A stretch of 63,371 bases of DNA, the filler included, from Dugesia japonica (Eukaryota), in the NCBI GenBank assembly GCA_001938525.1. It is 5 parts of 5 records of this genome, joined end to end, with 100 filler letters (N's around TTAATTAATTAA, not from the genome) between each part and the next. Parts side by side here need not be neighbours in the genome. Positions count along the whole stretch, not along the records: positions 1 to 9,945 come from MQRL01616368.1; positions 10,046 to 20,793 come from MQRL01639203.1; 3 more parts are not named here. One strand, given 5' to 3'. Of the stretch, positions 1-12,399 are shown piece by piece; positions within the stretch are counted from its first letter, which is position 1; each line of letters starts with the position of its first letter. The notes under the pieces were generated by a model. That model ran no database searches. It worked only from the letters and a program-made list of their open reading frames with translations, and was not told where the DNA came from. A program made the translations under genes and the position numbers.

Positions 1-1382
1 AGAAAAGAGTTATTGGCTCTGTATGAATTTATTCGATATTTTTGGCATTATCTTTCTGGGAAACGTTTTGTCGCAAAGACCGATAACAAAGCTTTAGAGT
101 TTATAAAGAATTCGAATAAAACCAATTACGTCGCAGTTTCATACTTGGATGAACGAGTTATCAGAATGATTTCGTATTGAAGTATAGGAATGAGGATCAT
201 CATTCCAATGCTGATGGTATGTCAAGACTGTCGCCCAGTTATTGTTCACAATGCTAGACTGAACATAAAAATGCAAAGTCCTAATCGTCTAAGGTAAAAT
301 ATTTAAATGTTATGAACGTTCTCAGAAGTGATTCACACAATTACATAAAAGAAGTTAAGGAAGATGAATTATTTAAGTACATCAAAATTCATTTGATGGA
401 CAAATATGTTAAGTTATCAGAAACGATAAAAACCTCCCAGTATTTTAAATATTTAAATAGGTTTTTAATTGAAGACGATATGCTGTTAATTGAGATAGGT
501 GCTAAGCAAAATATTGTGGTTCTCAAAAGCTGCGTAATTCATAAATATTTATGCTATGTTGGAATAAAGAAAACAACGAAATATGTATCTGGTTATTTCT
601 TCTGGCCGAATATTCAGAATGCTATCAGAGAATGTCAGGAAGGTTATTAGTTAGAAAGTTAAGAAAAGATTTATAACAAGATATGCAGCTAACTCGATGG
701 AACAAATCGTGATAGATGTTGCATATATGCATAACAGTAAATCCTACAAAAAATACGTGATAGTCATAATTGATCAGTTTAGCAAGTTGATCAGTCTTTA
801 TGCAGCCCCTAATCAAAACGAAAACATGACCAAAAGTATATTGTTAAATAACTGTATTTACAAATATGGAAAACCTAAATGCATTGTTACTGATTGAGTA
901 AGAGTGTTTGAAGGAAAGGTTTTACAAGCGTTTGCCTCAAGATTTCATATTTCGTGGATATTTACATCTCCCCATGAACATATGTCAAATGGTTTAGCAG
1001 AACGCGCAATTAGAACTGTCAGAGTTCTGATAGTAACATCCTTAAAATCTGGAGGAGAGGAGAAGCGTTAGGATGAAATTCCTCCAAAAGTTGAGTTTTC
1101 AATCAATTGCACGGTATCAAAGGCGACAGGATTCTCTCCGATGGAAGTTGTCTATGGAACGAAAATTAATATTCATTCAACGAAAGAATTCAAGAGTAAC
1201 AGTAAAGAAGTTCTGGCCGATAGTAACCTAAACGAAGCTTCAAAAAAATGATGAATCAAGAAGAAAACCGAGTAGAAAGGGAATTTAAAGTAGGAGATAA
1301 AGTTCTGATAAAGAGAGATCTGGCAAAATAAAAGAAAAACGATTATATATTGAGTTGGAAAGAAAGTTCTTGTACAATTTTA
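1..1382 (+). mobile_element. Ty3/Gypsy pol fragment (RNase H end + integrase), degenerate
   Basis: RKELLALYEFIRYFWHYLSGKRFVAKTDNKAL and HSNADGMSR (RNase H); FFWPNI (integrase Zn region); EQIVIDVAY..IIDQFSK, PKCIVTD and SNGLAERAIRT (rve core); stops and frameshifts present. Confidence 0.9.
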
Positions 1383-1432
1383 NNNNNNNNNNNNNNNNNN
1401 NNNNNNNNNNNNNNNNNNNNNNNNNNNNNNNN

Positions 1433-2363
1433 AGAAAAGAGTTATTGGCTCTGTATGAATTTATTCGATATTTTTGGCATTATCTTTCTGGGAAACGTTT
1501 TGTCGCAAAGACCGATAACAAAGCTTTAGAGTTTATAAAGAATTCGAATAAAACCAATTACGTCGCAGTTTCATACTTGGATGAACGAGTTATCAGAATG
1601 ATTTCGTATTGAAGTATAGGAATGAGGATCATCATTCCAATGCTGATGGTATGTCAAGACTGTCGCCCAGTTATTGTTCACAATGCTAGACTGAACATAA
1701 AAATGCAAAGTCCTAATCGTCTAAGGTAAAATATTTAAATGTTATGAACGTTCTCAGAAGTGATTCACACAATTACATAAAAGAAGTTAAGGAAGATGAA
1801 TTATTTAAGTACATCAAAATTCATTTGATGGACAAATATGTTAAGTTATCAGAAACGATAAAAACCTCCCAGTATTTTAAATATTTAAATAGGTTTTTAA
1901 TTGCAGACGATATGCTGTTAATTGAGATAGGTGCTAAGCAAAATATTGTGGTTCTCAAAAGCTGCGTAATTCATAAAGATTTATGCTATGTTGGAATAAA
2001 GAAAACAACGAAATATGTATCTGATTATTTCTTCTGGCCGAATATTCAGAATGCTATCAGAGAATGTCAGGAAGGTTATTAGTTAGAAAGTTAAGGAAAG
2101 ATTTATAACAAGATATGCAGCTAACTCGATGGAACAAATCGTGATAGATGTTGCATATATGCATAACAGAATTCAAGAGTAACAGTAAAGAAGTTCTGGC
2201 CGATAGTAACCTAAACGAAGCTTTAAAAAAATGATGAATCAAGAAGAAAACCGAGTAGAAAGGGAATTTAAAGTAGGAGATAAAGTTCTGGTAAAGAGAG
2301 ATCTGGCAAAATAAAAGAAAAACGATTATATATTGAGTTGGAAAGAAAGTTCTTGTACAATTT
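1433..2363 (+). mobile_element. Near-identical second copy of the 1-1382 Gypsy fragment with a 449-bp internal deletion
   Basis: Matches copy 1 at offset 1432 with few substitutions; at 2169/2170 it jumps from copy-1 position 737 to 1187. Confidence 0.9.
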
Positions 2364-2503
2364 TATTAATAACAAAGATATAACGACAAATACTTTTGTT
2401 TAGTATTTATAATTTTTATAGATAAGTATTTTATTGTATATTGATATTCAAATTTCAAGTTTTGTTTAAATATTCACATTTCACCGCTATTTACAATTTT
2501 AGA

Positions 2504-2755
2504 ATGTCTGATAAAGTGGCTCTCTCGATTGAAGATAAACGTATATTGTTAATTTATGATTACAAATCTGGCCTAAACGCTCGACAATCACAAAGACGTA
2601 TTATGGAAGCCTTTGGAAAATATTCTATTTGTCTTTGGACAGCATACAACTGGTTTTACAAACTCAGCAGTGGTCAATTTGACAATAACAATCAGCCAAG
2701 ATATGGTCGGCCGTCAATATATGATGGACCCTTGGAAATTATAGAATTCTTATAA
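2504..2755 (+). mobile_element. mariner transposase N-terminal HTH fragment
   Basis: EDKRILLIYDYKSGLNARQSQRRIMEAFG..TAYNWFYKLSSGQFD...PRYGRPS is a Mos1-type HTH ending in the GRP motif. Confidence 0.85.
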
Positions 2756-2929
2756 CCTCATCAAGTAAGATAGCAGAATTCAAAAGATTCGAAATACAGA
2801 CGTATAGAGTGACTGATAAGATGTTAAAAATCAGGAAGAGATGGAGAAGTTGGAAATTGTTTTGACCTTGAAGTTTTGTTTATGTAAATAATAAATAACT
2901 ATAAATAATAAATATATTTTTGAATTTCA

Positions 2930-3833
2930 AGATGTCAATTATTACTGATGTAACTTCACTATTGGATATTAAATCTTCTAAAGCATTTTCTTCTTTATTT
3001 TATTTATTTTCATCTTCTATTTCCTTTTTTACAAAATTAAATAATTCCCTCTACAGTTGAAACAGTTTTTTAATTTTGCAGAATTTCGTAATGTGACAGA
3101 CTCCATTGCATTTGAAACATCTTAATCCTTCTTTATGCTCATTTTTATTTTTATATTGTCAGTTTTATTTCTTAAAATTAGTTACAAAATCTCTATTTCC
3201 AATTACTTTTGATTTTAAAATTTAGATTTACTTCTTTAAATTATTTATATCCATTCTCATAGATTAGAATACTTCAGTGTTATTCTTATGTAAAGACCAA
3301 AAATAAGTAATGTTTTCATCTTCCATTTCTTCCATCGCACAATTGATTCGATTGCAGCGTTTAGTGTTTCTAGGTTTAATAGTTATACAATAGTAAAAAC
3401 TTTCTGATTTCATAAACGTTTCAGAAAATCTTCTCTTTATTTTCACTGATATTCGTAGTTTCGTTTTTGCATAATTTATTAAATTTTCACCTCGTTCTTG
3501 AAAAATATTGAAAAAATATAAAACTTGACTGAATTTAGATCTCTTTAATTCCAAACATTTAAATGAATTCGGCCTTCAAATAGTCAATTGATATTTTTTG
3601 GTTATCAAAATAAGGCTGAGAATTGACATCTTTGACTAAATCACTTGAAAAATAATTGATAAAAATTCCACATTTATTTACTTCATTTAATTTCTGTAAT
3701 TCAAAGAATTTTTAAAAATTTATGATCTTATCAATATGTTCATGTATTGAAATATTTGTCTGATCCTCCTTTAAATAAACTGTTAATTCTTCTTCTCACA
3801 ATTTAAATAAATACTTTTCTACTTGTGACGCCA
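2930..3833 (-). mobile_element. Gypsy element B: PBS and degenerate gag
   Basis: On the minus strand, LTR end ...TCTAACA is followed by PBS-like TGGCGTCACAAG (3822-3833); QERGENLINYA gag motif; zinc knuckle RCFKCNGVCHITKFC near 3075-3120 and a second CFNC. Confidence 0.75.
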
Positions 3834-3872
3834 TGTTAGAGAAGAAAACAAATAAATTTCAAGTTTTATTAA

Positions 3873-3971
3873 TGTTAGATATAATATTTAAACATATTTG
3901 TTTAAATATTATTGATTTATGATATTTTAATAAACTTTGAAAATTTCTACTTTTGAATTACAAAATCTAAC
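3873..3971 (+). repeat. 5' LTR of element A
   Basis: Starts TGTTAGAT, contains AATAAA, ends ATCTAAC before the PBS. Confidence 0.85.
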
Positions 3972-6811
3972 TGGCGACCATATAGAAGTTAGTGTCATTA
4001 CTAGGCAAAAGAAAGAAGAGCGACAAAAGATTTTTAAAAATCTTCCACAAGAAATGCTGATTCCGAAGCCTTCATTTTTTTATGGTTCTTCAGATACTGC
4101 AGAAGATTTGATGCAAGCCACTAAGGAATTTGCCATATTTAATCAAATATGGATTTGTTTTTGCATTTGATATGCTATTACTAGGCGATGCCAAGGAGTT
4201 GTGGCAAGAAACTAACACAAACGAGAATTTCAATTCAAATGAAAAGTGCAAAAGCTGGTTTTGATCAGCTTTATTAATTATAAATCTCTGGTTGACAAAA
4301 TTACAGATATATCATCAGTTAAACAAAGAATTGATGCAAAATACCGGAATTTCGAGATAAGAGTTTAAAAGCTTGTTCACGATATATTTGAAAGCAAAAG
4401 ATCACCAGAGGAAATATCAAGAGTTTTCATTCTGAATGGTTTAGGAAGTGAGATACGTAAAGAATCCTTTCCACTCCAACCAGAATTAAATGACAAAAAA
4501 CGTCGAGACTTGGCTGCAAACCTTATTAAATTTGTAGCGAAAAGTAATGTAAATTTTGTCAACGAAAGCTATGCAAGTGCCTTAAGGAAATCAGCTTTTG
4601 AACCAAAATTTAATAAAATGGGAAATGATTAGAGAGGACAATATTTTCATCACAAAAAATACTCCAAATTATTCTACAATCTCAAGAAAACCGATAAACG
4701 ATTCAAGGATTGGTAATAATATGCAACAATTAAAAGATATAAATGAAGAACAAAAAAGAAAATTTCCAAGACATTCTCTGAAATATGTGGCAACAAAAAT
4801 TTATAATAGATGTAATGGTAAAGCTCCTCCAAGAATAGAATTTCTACAGCATGGTGCTTGTTTTTGCTGTGGAGAAACAAACCATAGAAGAATAAACTGT
4901 CCTTTCAAAAATAGGTGTTTAATATGCGGTAAAGAAGNCCACGCTTTCAGAAATTGTGCATTATTACAAAGAGGGCACAATAACCAAAGAATATTATGTA
5001 TAGCAGAACAAGAAAGGGAAGAACCTTAAATGAATGTGACTCCTTAAGTGATTTTTAACATGATGCAATAAATATCTTATCATATCATAAAAATGTCCAG
5101 CAACCCGCTGTGTCTATCTCGTCAGGGAGGTTGCATTAAAGAATTTTAAAGAGGAAAAAAAGATACAGACGCAAGCTTCAATGCTGTTTTCAGTCAATTG
5201 TCGAGAGATGGTAGGAAAACTATTATTGCTTATGTATCTCATAATTTCAATGATCATGAAAAGAATTATTGTGTAACCAGAAAAGAATTATTGGCACTAC
5301 ACGAATTTATGATTCATTTCAAGCATTATCTTTATGGAAAAAGTTCATCGCTCGAACTGATCATAAGGCATTAGTGTTTATGAAAAAAACAAGTAAACCA
5401 ATTAGTTCACAGTTCCAGAGATGGATTACAAACCTAGCAGAATTTGATTTTGATCTTCAATTTCATAAAGGCATTGATCATAGTAATGCTGATGGATTAT
5501 AAAGAATAGGAGAAAGTTTAAGTGCCCAATGTTTGATGACTCACCACGATGCAAAAGGTGGAAAATCTAGAAGAGTTAATATTGTAAAAAACTCAAGTTA
5601 TGATAAAGAAACTTTCATAAAAATACAAAGTAATGATCAAATTACCAAAGAAATAATTGAATACATCAAAGATCAAAGCTTCCAAGTTAGTAAAAATTTA
5701 AATAAAAGTAAATACTTCAGAGATATTGATAAATTCGTTATGGAAGAAGTTTCTTGATAAAAATTCAAAGAGGATTGTTTTAGCAGGTAAATCAGTGGTT
5801 GATTTAATAAACTACATTTATGAAGAATTATGTCATTTGGGAACGAGAAAATTGAATATTCTGAATAACTGAATATATTCAAACAACCTTTTTTCGGTCT
5901 GATATGTTCAGAACAATTGAACATGACTTTAAAAAATGCTTAATTTGAAATCAAAGGAAAACATATGCAGGCAAAACAAAAGAATTTTTATTAGCTTGAA
6001 CCGAATTTGGAGCATTAGAATAGATTGTCATTGATATAGCTTATTTTGATGAATCAAAGTTAAAGAAGATGTATGTTTTAGTCATTATAGATCGATACAG
6101 CAAACTTGTCAGCCATGGCAAAACAAGATTAAAAATCTGTAGTTGAATCAATAAAAGAGAATTGAATATATAGATTTGGCAAGCCCAAATCCATACTGAC
6201 AGATAGAGGCAAGATATTCAAAGGAAAATTGATGAAAGGAATGACTNNNNNNNNNNNNNNNNNNNNNNNNNNNNNNNNNNNNNNNNNNNNNNNNNNNNNN
6301 NNNNNGGCAGAAAGAACGATCAGAACTCTACATGATATGATTGTCACTACAATAAAAAGTGGATATGAAGAAGTTAGTTGGTATAAGCTATTTGAGTATA
6401 AGCTCAAATTCAATTTTCAATTAATGCAAGCCAACAAAAGGCAACTGGAGAATCACCTTTGAAATAATTTATGGAAGAAAAATTATGATTCATGAACTAT
6501 TACTAAATAATAATACAAGCAGTGGAGAATTTAAAGAATTAGTTGATAAAAATTTGAAAAATATGGCACTGAAATTAAATGAATATGAATCAGATAAAAG
6601 AGTACGCCGTAATTTTGTTGAAGGGGAAGAAGTTCTAGTAAAGGTAGAACCTCGCAAGTTAAAGAAAAATGGATACAGATATGAAAGTCCTTTTGAAATA
6701 TTAAAATTTCTAAGCCCACGTTAAGTATTTTTTAATTATTCTGGAATCCCTAAACCACGAAGGATCGAGTGGCTAAAAAAACAGATGTTCAAAAGGATTA
6801 AGAAGGAGGGG

Positions 6812-6945
6812 TGTTAGATATAATATTTAATATAATATAAAATTTGTAATATAATATAATATTTAATATAATATAATATATATTATTGATTTATGATATT
6901 TTAATAAACTTTGAAAATTTCTACTTTTGAATTACAAAATCTAAA
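6812..6945 (+). repeat. 3' LTR of element A
   Basis: Follows the polypurine tract; same sequence as the 5' LTR with an expanded ATATA segment. Confidence 0.85.
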
Positions 6946-7139
6946 TATTAATAATCAAAAAACTGAGATATATTTAAGCAACAACGGTTTTGATAATTAA
7001 TTGTCTTACATATATCTATATTTAATTACAATAAATGAATATATCACATACCTAGAATATTTTGATATTTGATTTCTGTGCAAATTTGAAACAGTATTTA
7101 TTAATTGTCAATTTTATTTTCTTTTTAAATAATTATATG

Positions 7140-7680
7140 AAAACCCAGTGATGTATGTTTGTTTGTATGTTTGTGCGTGATGATCAAAATTATTAAACAA
7201 ATTTCATAATATTTTAAAAATTGTGATTTTTTATTATAGATTTAAAATTTTCAATTTTATATTTGATGTATGTTTGATTGCAATTGTATGTATAATGCTC
7301 AAAATTTTTCAGCAAATTTCAAAATATTTTAAAAATTATGATTTTTTATACATTTTAAATATTTCAATTAATATATTCCAAACCCAGTGGTGAATGTTTG
7401 TTTCTTTATTTCTTTGTTTTTGCGTGATGCTCAATATTATTCAACAAATTTTAAAAAATTATGATAATTTTTATAGGTTTAAAATTTCAATTAATATATA
7501 AAAAACCCAGTGGTGTATATTTATTTGTTTGTGCACGATGCTCAATTTTTTTGAAAAATTTCAAAAGTTTTATATACTGATTTTTTATTTTAGGTTTAAA
7601 AATTTCAATTGATATATTAAAAACCCAGTGGTGTATGATTGTTCCTTTGTTTGTGCGTGATGATCGAATTTCTAAATTTT
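7140..7680. repeat. Tandem repeat, about 120-bp unit, about 4.5 diverged copies
   Basis: AAACCCAGTG(G/A)TG..TGTTTG...GCGTGATG motif at about 7141, 7381, 7503 and 7621, with a degenerate unit at about 7261. Confidence 0.8.
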
Positions 7681-9945
7681 AAACTAAAGCTAAAATAAGA
7701 AAACATGCAGTTGAACATGATCAGACAACGTCCTGAAGTATATTGATTTGTCAAATTAGGTGGGTGGTTGATGGAAAAATCAATGCATACAAGAAGTTTA
7801 TGGGAAAACAGGAGGAAAAAGAGTAGACGAAAGTTATTGATGTCGAGCAAAAAAGGTTTTTGAGCAACTCTCGAAGAAACAAAAGAAAAACACAACAATA
7901 TGGCGCCCAAAAGGCGGGTGATTGGTGGAAATCCTTTTAATAGACCTCATTTGCATTCAACATCGACCGTAAGTATATATCGTTTTATCTTTTCTTTTCT
8001 AAAAGTATAATGATGCATAAAAGGTTTAATTCAAAAAATATTCTACAAATGATTTTTTTCTATGTGCATTCTTTTACCACGCCCAGCTTGTCGTTTATAA
8101 AATACTTAGTTAATCTATCAATTGTCATTATATTTCTCCATTCTAATCTAATTATTAAAGTATTTGTTTTATTTATTTTCCTGTGGCTAAGTATTAATTT
8201 GATTTTGCATTTTATTATTACTAATAAATCATATGTTACTTATTATTTCTTCGAAGTCTTTCTGTGCCAGTTTCTTCCTCTGTTAATTTTCTGCTTTTCT
8301 TATTTATGTTGCTCTAATTACTAGTTTTATCCTTTCAGTGTGTACTGTTGATTCTTTATTCTCAACTTGTTCTTCGTTCTTTGTTATTATCTTTAGCTTC
8401 TCATTCCCGATTTTTTCGTATCTATACCTCATCTGTCATTTTTTCTAACTTTTTTACCCTTAAACTCTTTGCTTCTTTTTTCAATATCTTCTTTCATAGT
8501 TCTTGCGCTACCTATCATCTTTAAGGTTAAATTATAGATAGTGTTATACTCCAACAATTATCTAACTCCACCGAAAATGATATAGAAATAAAATAAAACA
8601 GAAAGAATGAAGTGTATTATTGGAATTATAAAGATCCTATACAAATAAAGAATTTAAAGCCGGGAACAGAATAAGAACTCATCAAACGTCAAGCTAGCAT
8701 CGTAAAGCTACGAAAGTTTTAAAATACGTGATTTCAAAGAAAGAACAAAAATTGAAGTTTGGAAAATCATGATTTGTGATACATGGATTCAAACACCAGT
8801 TGTGGTATTTCTGGTCAGGAAAATAAACATAAGAATATAATAGATCTTGTAATAAAAGTGTGATGACTGGTAGCAGTCAAACGTTACGTTTCATTAAATT
8901 TAAGAATACTTTTAATTGAAATAATTGTGTCTAATTTTAAATTAATTTGAGGTTTATTTAAATTCGTAAAAGATTAAATAATATAAAATTAAAAGTACTA
9001 AAAATAGTGATAAATAATAGATAAAATCCGAAAATAATAATAAATAAAATAAATAATAAAATAGAAATAATAAAAAAAATTATTTTTAAAGTTTAATTTA
9101 TGAAGTAACCAGTTGTTACTATATACATTTTTTTGTTGTCAAAAATAAATTAGGTAGGTAGATCCTACAACTCGTTAGATTTTAAAATAAATACGTTCAT
9201 TTGCTAGTAAATCGCGCAGATTTATAATATTTTAAAGGTAAAATTTTTTGTGAAAAAGGAATTCGTTTTATTGATACTGAATTGAAAATATGGCGAAAAG
9301 AAAATTAATTTTACTGATACTTAATTTGGATTTTTGTGAAAAGAGAAAAGGTTAATAGTTTTATTAATCTTTTAATTTTTTGTAATTTAAAGTTGGTATT
9401 GTTCTCTCATAAAATTAAGAAAGTTTCGGATCAGCCTGATTACGATTGGTTCCGTAATTTATTATTTTCATTCAAAAATTTATATTAATTGTTGTAATTA
9501 ATACTATAAACGCAGAGGAACAACTTTCCACAAAATACTATTAAATTTAGCAATCTCAAAAATATTTATATTGTGTTTATAATTTAATCGTTGAGTCAAA
9601 CTGTTAGCCCCCACCAACGGAATTAAATCTTAGGGCAGTAAGTATTTACTGCAAGTATTTTTCAAATTTAAATAGAATCCAATTTAGCTTGGTGCGGAAC
9701 CAAAATAATATTTGTTATTATTTTGTTTATATTCATAAAAGTTTTGAAAATATAGAAAGGCGTTTTTTAATTCATATATNNNNNNNTGTGTGTGTGTTGG
9801 GGTGTGGGTTGTTATATTTTAAGATTTTGGTTGATCTAGGAGTAATTCACCACACCCGTCAAAAATTTGGGTTTGACTAATATTTATTTTATTCATTTTC
9901 TGTGAAAGTTGTTTTTAGCTTAATAAAAGATATTATAAAACAAAC

Positions 9946-10045
9946 NNNNNNNNNNNNNNNNNNNNNNNNNNNNNNNNNNNNNNNNNNNNTTAATTAATTA
10001 ANNNNNNNNNNNNNNNNNNNNNNNNNNNNNNNNNNNNNNNNNNNN
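9946..10045. other. Synthetic scaffold spacer
   Basis: 44 N + TTAATTAATTAA (stops in all six frames) + 44 N. Confidence 0.95.
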
Positions 10046-10246
10046 TTAAATGCAGTAGTAAATTCACATGTAACATTTTGTCAATCAATTGTAACCTTTT
10101 TCGAACACAATTTTAAACTGTTAAATATAGAAAATAAAATATTAGATTAACTAAATAAATTATAATTAATAATTAAAGATAATTTATATATAATAAAGTA
10201 AAAATAATTAAATATGTAATGAAAATTAACTACTAATATATAAGAG

Positions 10247-10420
10247 TAGATTGAAAGCCACTTAATTGGACGATCGATTAATCGGATCAGCTACATATTT
10301 GGCACAAAATATGAAAAACGAAATCAATTAACATTTTTGCGTTACTTCATATAATTGGGCCGGTCGCTTAATCGGCAAAAAGTCGCAGTTAAAATCTGAT
10401 TCAATTAAGCTGTATTGATT
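10247..10420. mobile_element. Possible pogo/Tigger-type MITE relic
   Basis: Imperfect inverted ends (GCCACTTAATTGGA ... TTCAATTAAGCTG) with internal repeats of TTAATCGG. Confidence 0.35.
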
Positions 10421-12399
10421 TTCTCATTTCCATACTTCAATTTAAATATAAATTCAAATTAAATTTTGTCTCGTGTAATTAAAACTTAATATAATATTTC
10501 AATAATTTTTTGTAAGTTATCTTCCAATTATTCTGAAAAAAATATTTTGAAACTTGTATTTTCGAACGTTAAAAAAAATGTCTACAACTACTTTGATTTA
10601 GCATAAATTAAAATAAATTACTGATTTTTAATTTCATGTTAAAATTTACAATTTCAAATTTATTTATAAAGTTATTTCTAAATTCGTAATTATATATTTA
10701 TTTAACAGAAGAGCTACAAGTATGAAAAAAAGAAGTCTTTCGAGAAATGGATTTAGTTCGTCATTAGGAAAAGGAAATGTCAATGTACTACCCAATCCTT
10801 ACCGCGCAAAAGGTGATAAAAAATGCCAGAATCGCCCGGAAGGATTACCAACAAAGAAATCAACAGATCCATCTTTACAATCAGAACCAACACATGATGA
10901 AAAACAAGCAGATCTACATGAAAACAAGGAGTTCACAAGTTTATCAAGAGGAGATTTATAAAACAATCATTTTAATTAAGACAAATTCATTTAAAATGTT
11001 TTATTTTTATTGTAAAAATACCATATAAAATTGCTCATAAACCATAATAAACTTTAACATAAATTTCATTATATAAACAAACATTTCCTCATGCTTAATT
11101 TTGAATGCATAATTATTTACAAATAAATTTCTTGGTTCAAGTTTAATTAATTTAACCTAGTATCAGTTTAAATATGATGACTGTTATATTGACTCCAATT
11201 AACGGACCTAGCAAAATATTAATTAATAAATAATTTAAAAAAATTTAACCTCTCATAACTGTTCGTATAGAGCGAATAAGATTATAAATTTGGGTTTTCA
11301 TACCAGGTGTATCATCGAAAGCTTGTTTTTTCGATCCAAAACCAACTAACAATATATTTGAAATTCAATGCTTCTATTAAAATTTACTTTTCTGAAGAAA
11401 TCGCTCTTCATTAAGCACGCAGATGGCATTTAAAAATAAGAGACAGACTTCCAGAATACTATATAATCCAAATGCCATTGTAATTCTGTAATCGTCGTTT
11501 CAAAATGTAATATTTAAACAAATCTACTTTCGACAGATACATTGTCACATAAAAAAATATTTTTTTTAGAAAGAAAATACTTTCTAATTTATCGAATAAA
11601 TTAACAATTTATTTATTTTATTAAAAATATATTTTACAGTATAAAAATAATTTTGAATAGCTTTTAGAGCTTATTTTGTAATGATTAATAATTTTTAATG
11701 AAATAATTTCAAATAATTTTCATTTTAGTAATAGAATACAATTGTTTATTAATAAAGATCATTTCACAAATTTTTATTTTATTACAAACATAATTACAAT
11801 TATTGCCGGAATAATTTTTGGACTTAACCATTAATTAACTTAACTCATTAATTTTAATGAAATCTGAAACTAATTAGTTCTAGAATATATTTATAAAACT
11901 GTTCATTTTTTTTTACTCAACTTTATCTAATACATATCAGTTTAGATATTCAATACTTTTACAAAGACTTTTTTATTTATTAAAGTTGATCAAACAATAC
12001 ACCTCAATACATGATTTACTAGCTTCGGGACTATTATTTTCTACAAATGTCCCAGTAAGCTCATCCTCTACATACTTATCAAAAGGAAAATAGCAAATGC
12101 GAAAATTAACAGGTACGAATAAAAGAAAATCAAGTTAGAAAAATAAAAAAGATATAATAAATACTTGAATAAGAAATAATAATCCGAGAAAAAAGTAAAT
12201 AAATTTTAAATAATTCCTAAGTAAATATCAAAAAAGAAATAACATACCAAATACAACCATATCTTGGAAATCAAAAAGAAGCACCACCAACCAATTAAAT
12301 TAATATCAATTAATTAAGTATCCTTCTTATAGTTTATCTAAATAACAATATTAAATAGTTATTTTTTCCTCTAATATATCACAAAATAAGAGCGAACAT

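Larger units (their letters stand above)
3873..6945 (+). mobile_element. Gypsy element A: LTR-gag-(protease/RT deleted)-RNase H-integrase-LTR, about 3.07 kb
   Basis: Paired LTRs TGTTAGAT...ATCTAA(C); PBS TGGCGACCA at 3972; PPT AAGAAGGAGGGG at 6800-6811; double knuckle CFCCGETNHRRINC/CLICGKExHAFRNC; DTDAS, ARTDHKAL, SNADGL; AERTIRT; flanking TATTAA on both sides. Confidence 0.9.
3834..7010 (-). repeat. 5' LTR of element B (about 100 bp), split into 3834-3872 and about 6946-7010 by element A
   Basis: The rejoined minus-strand sequence reads TGTAAGA...AATAAA...TCTAACA directly before the PBS. Confidence 0.65.

Noticed and set aside
737-1186. Deletion in the second Gypsy copy as a spliced GT-AG intron
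   Set aside because: Exact GT..AG removal would delete 450 bp and lose a G that is retained; AG microhomology explains the junction
7140-7680. CRISPR-like repeat-spacer pattern
   Set aside because: The intervening sequences are homologous to each other, so this is a plain tandem repeat
10709-11028. Possible host exon after an AG acceptor (two overlapping ORFs)
   Set aside because: No recognisable domain and the reading frame cannot be determined
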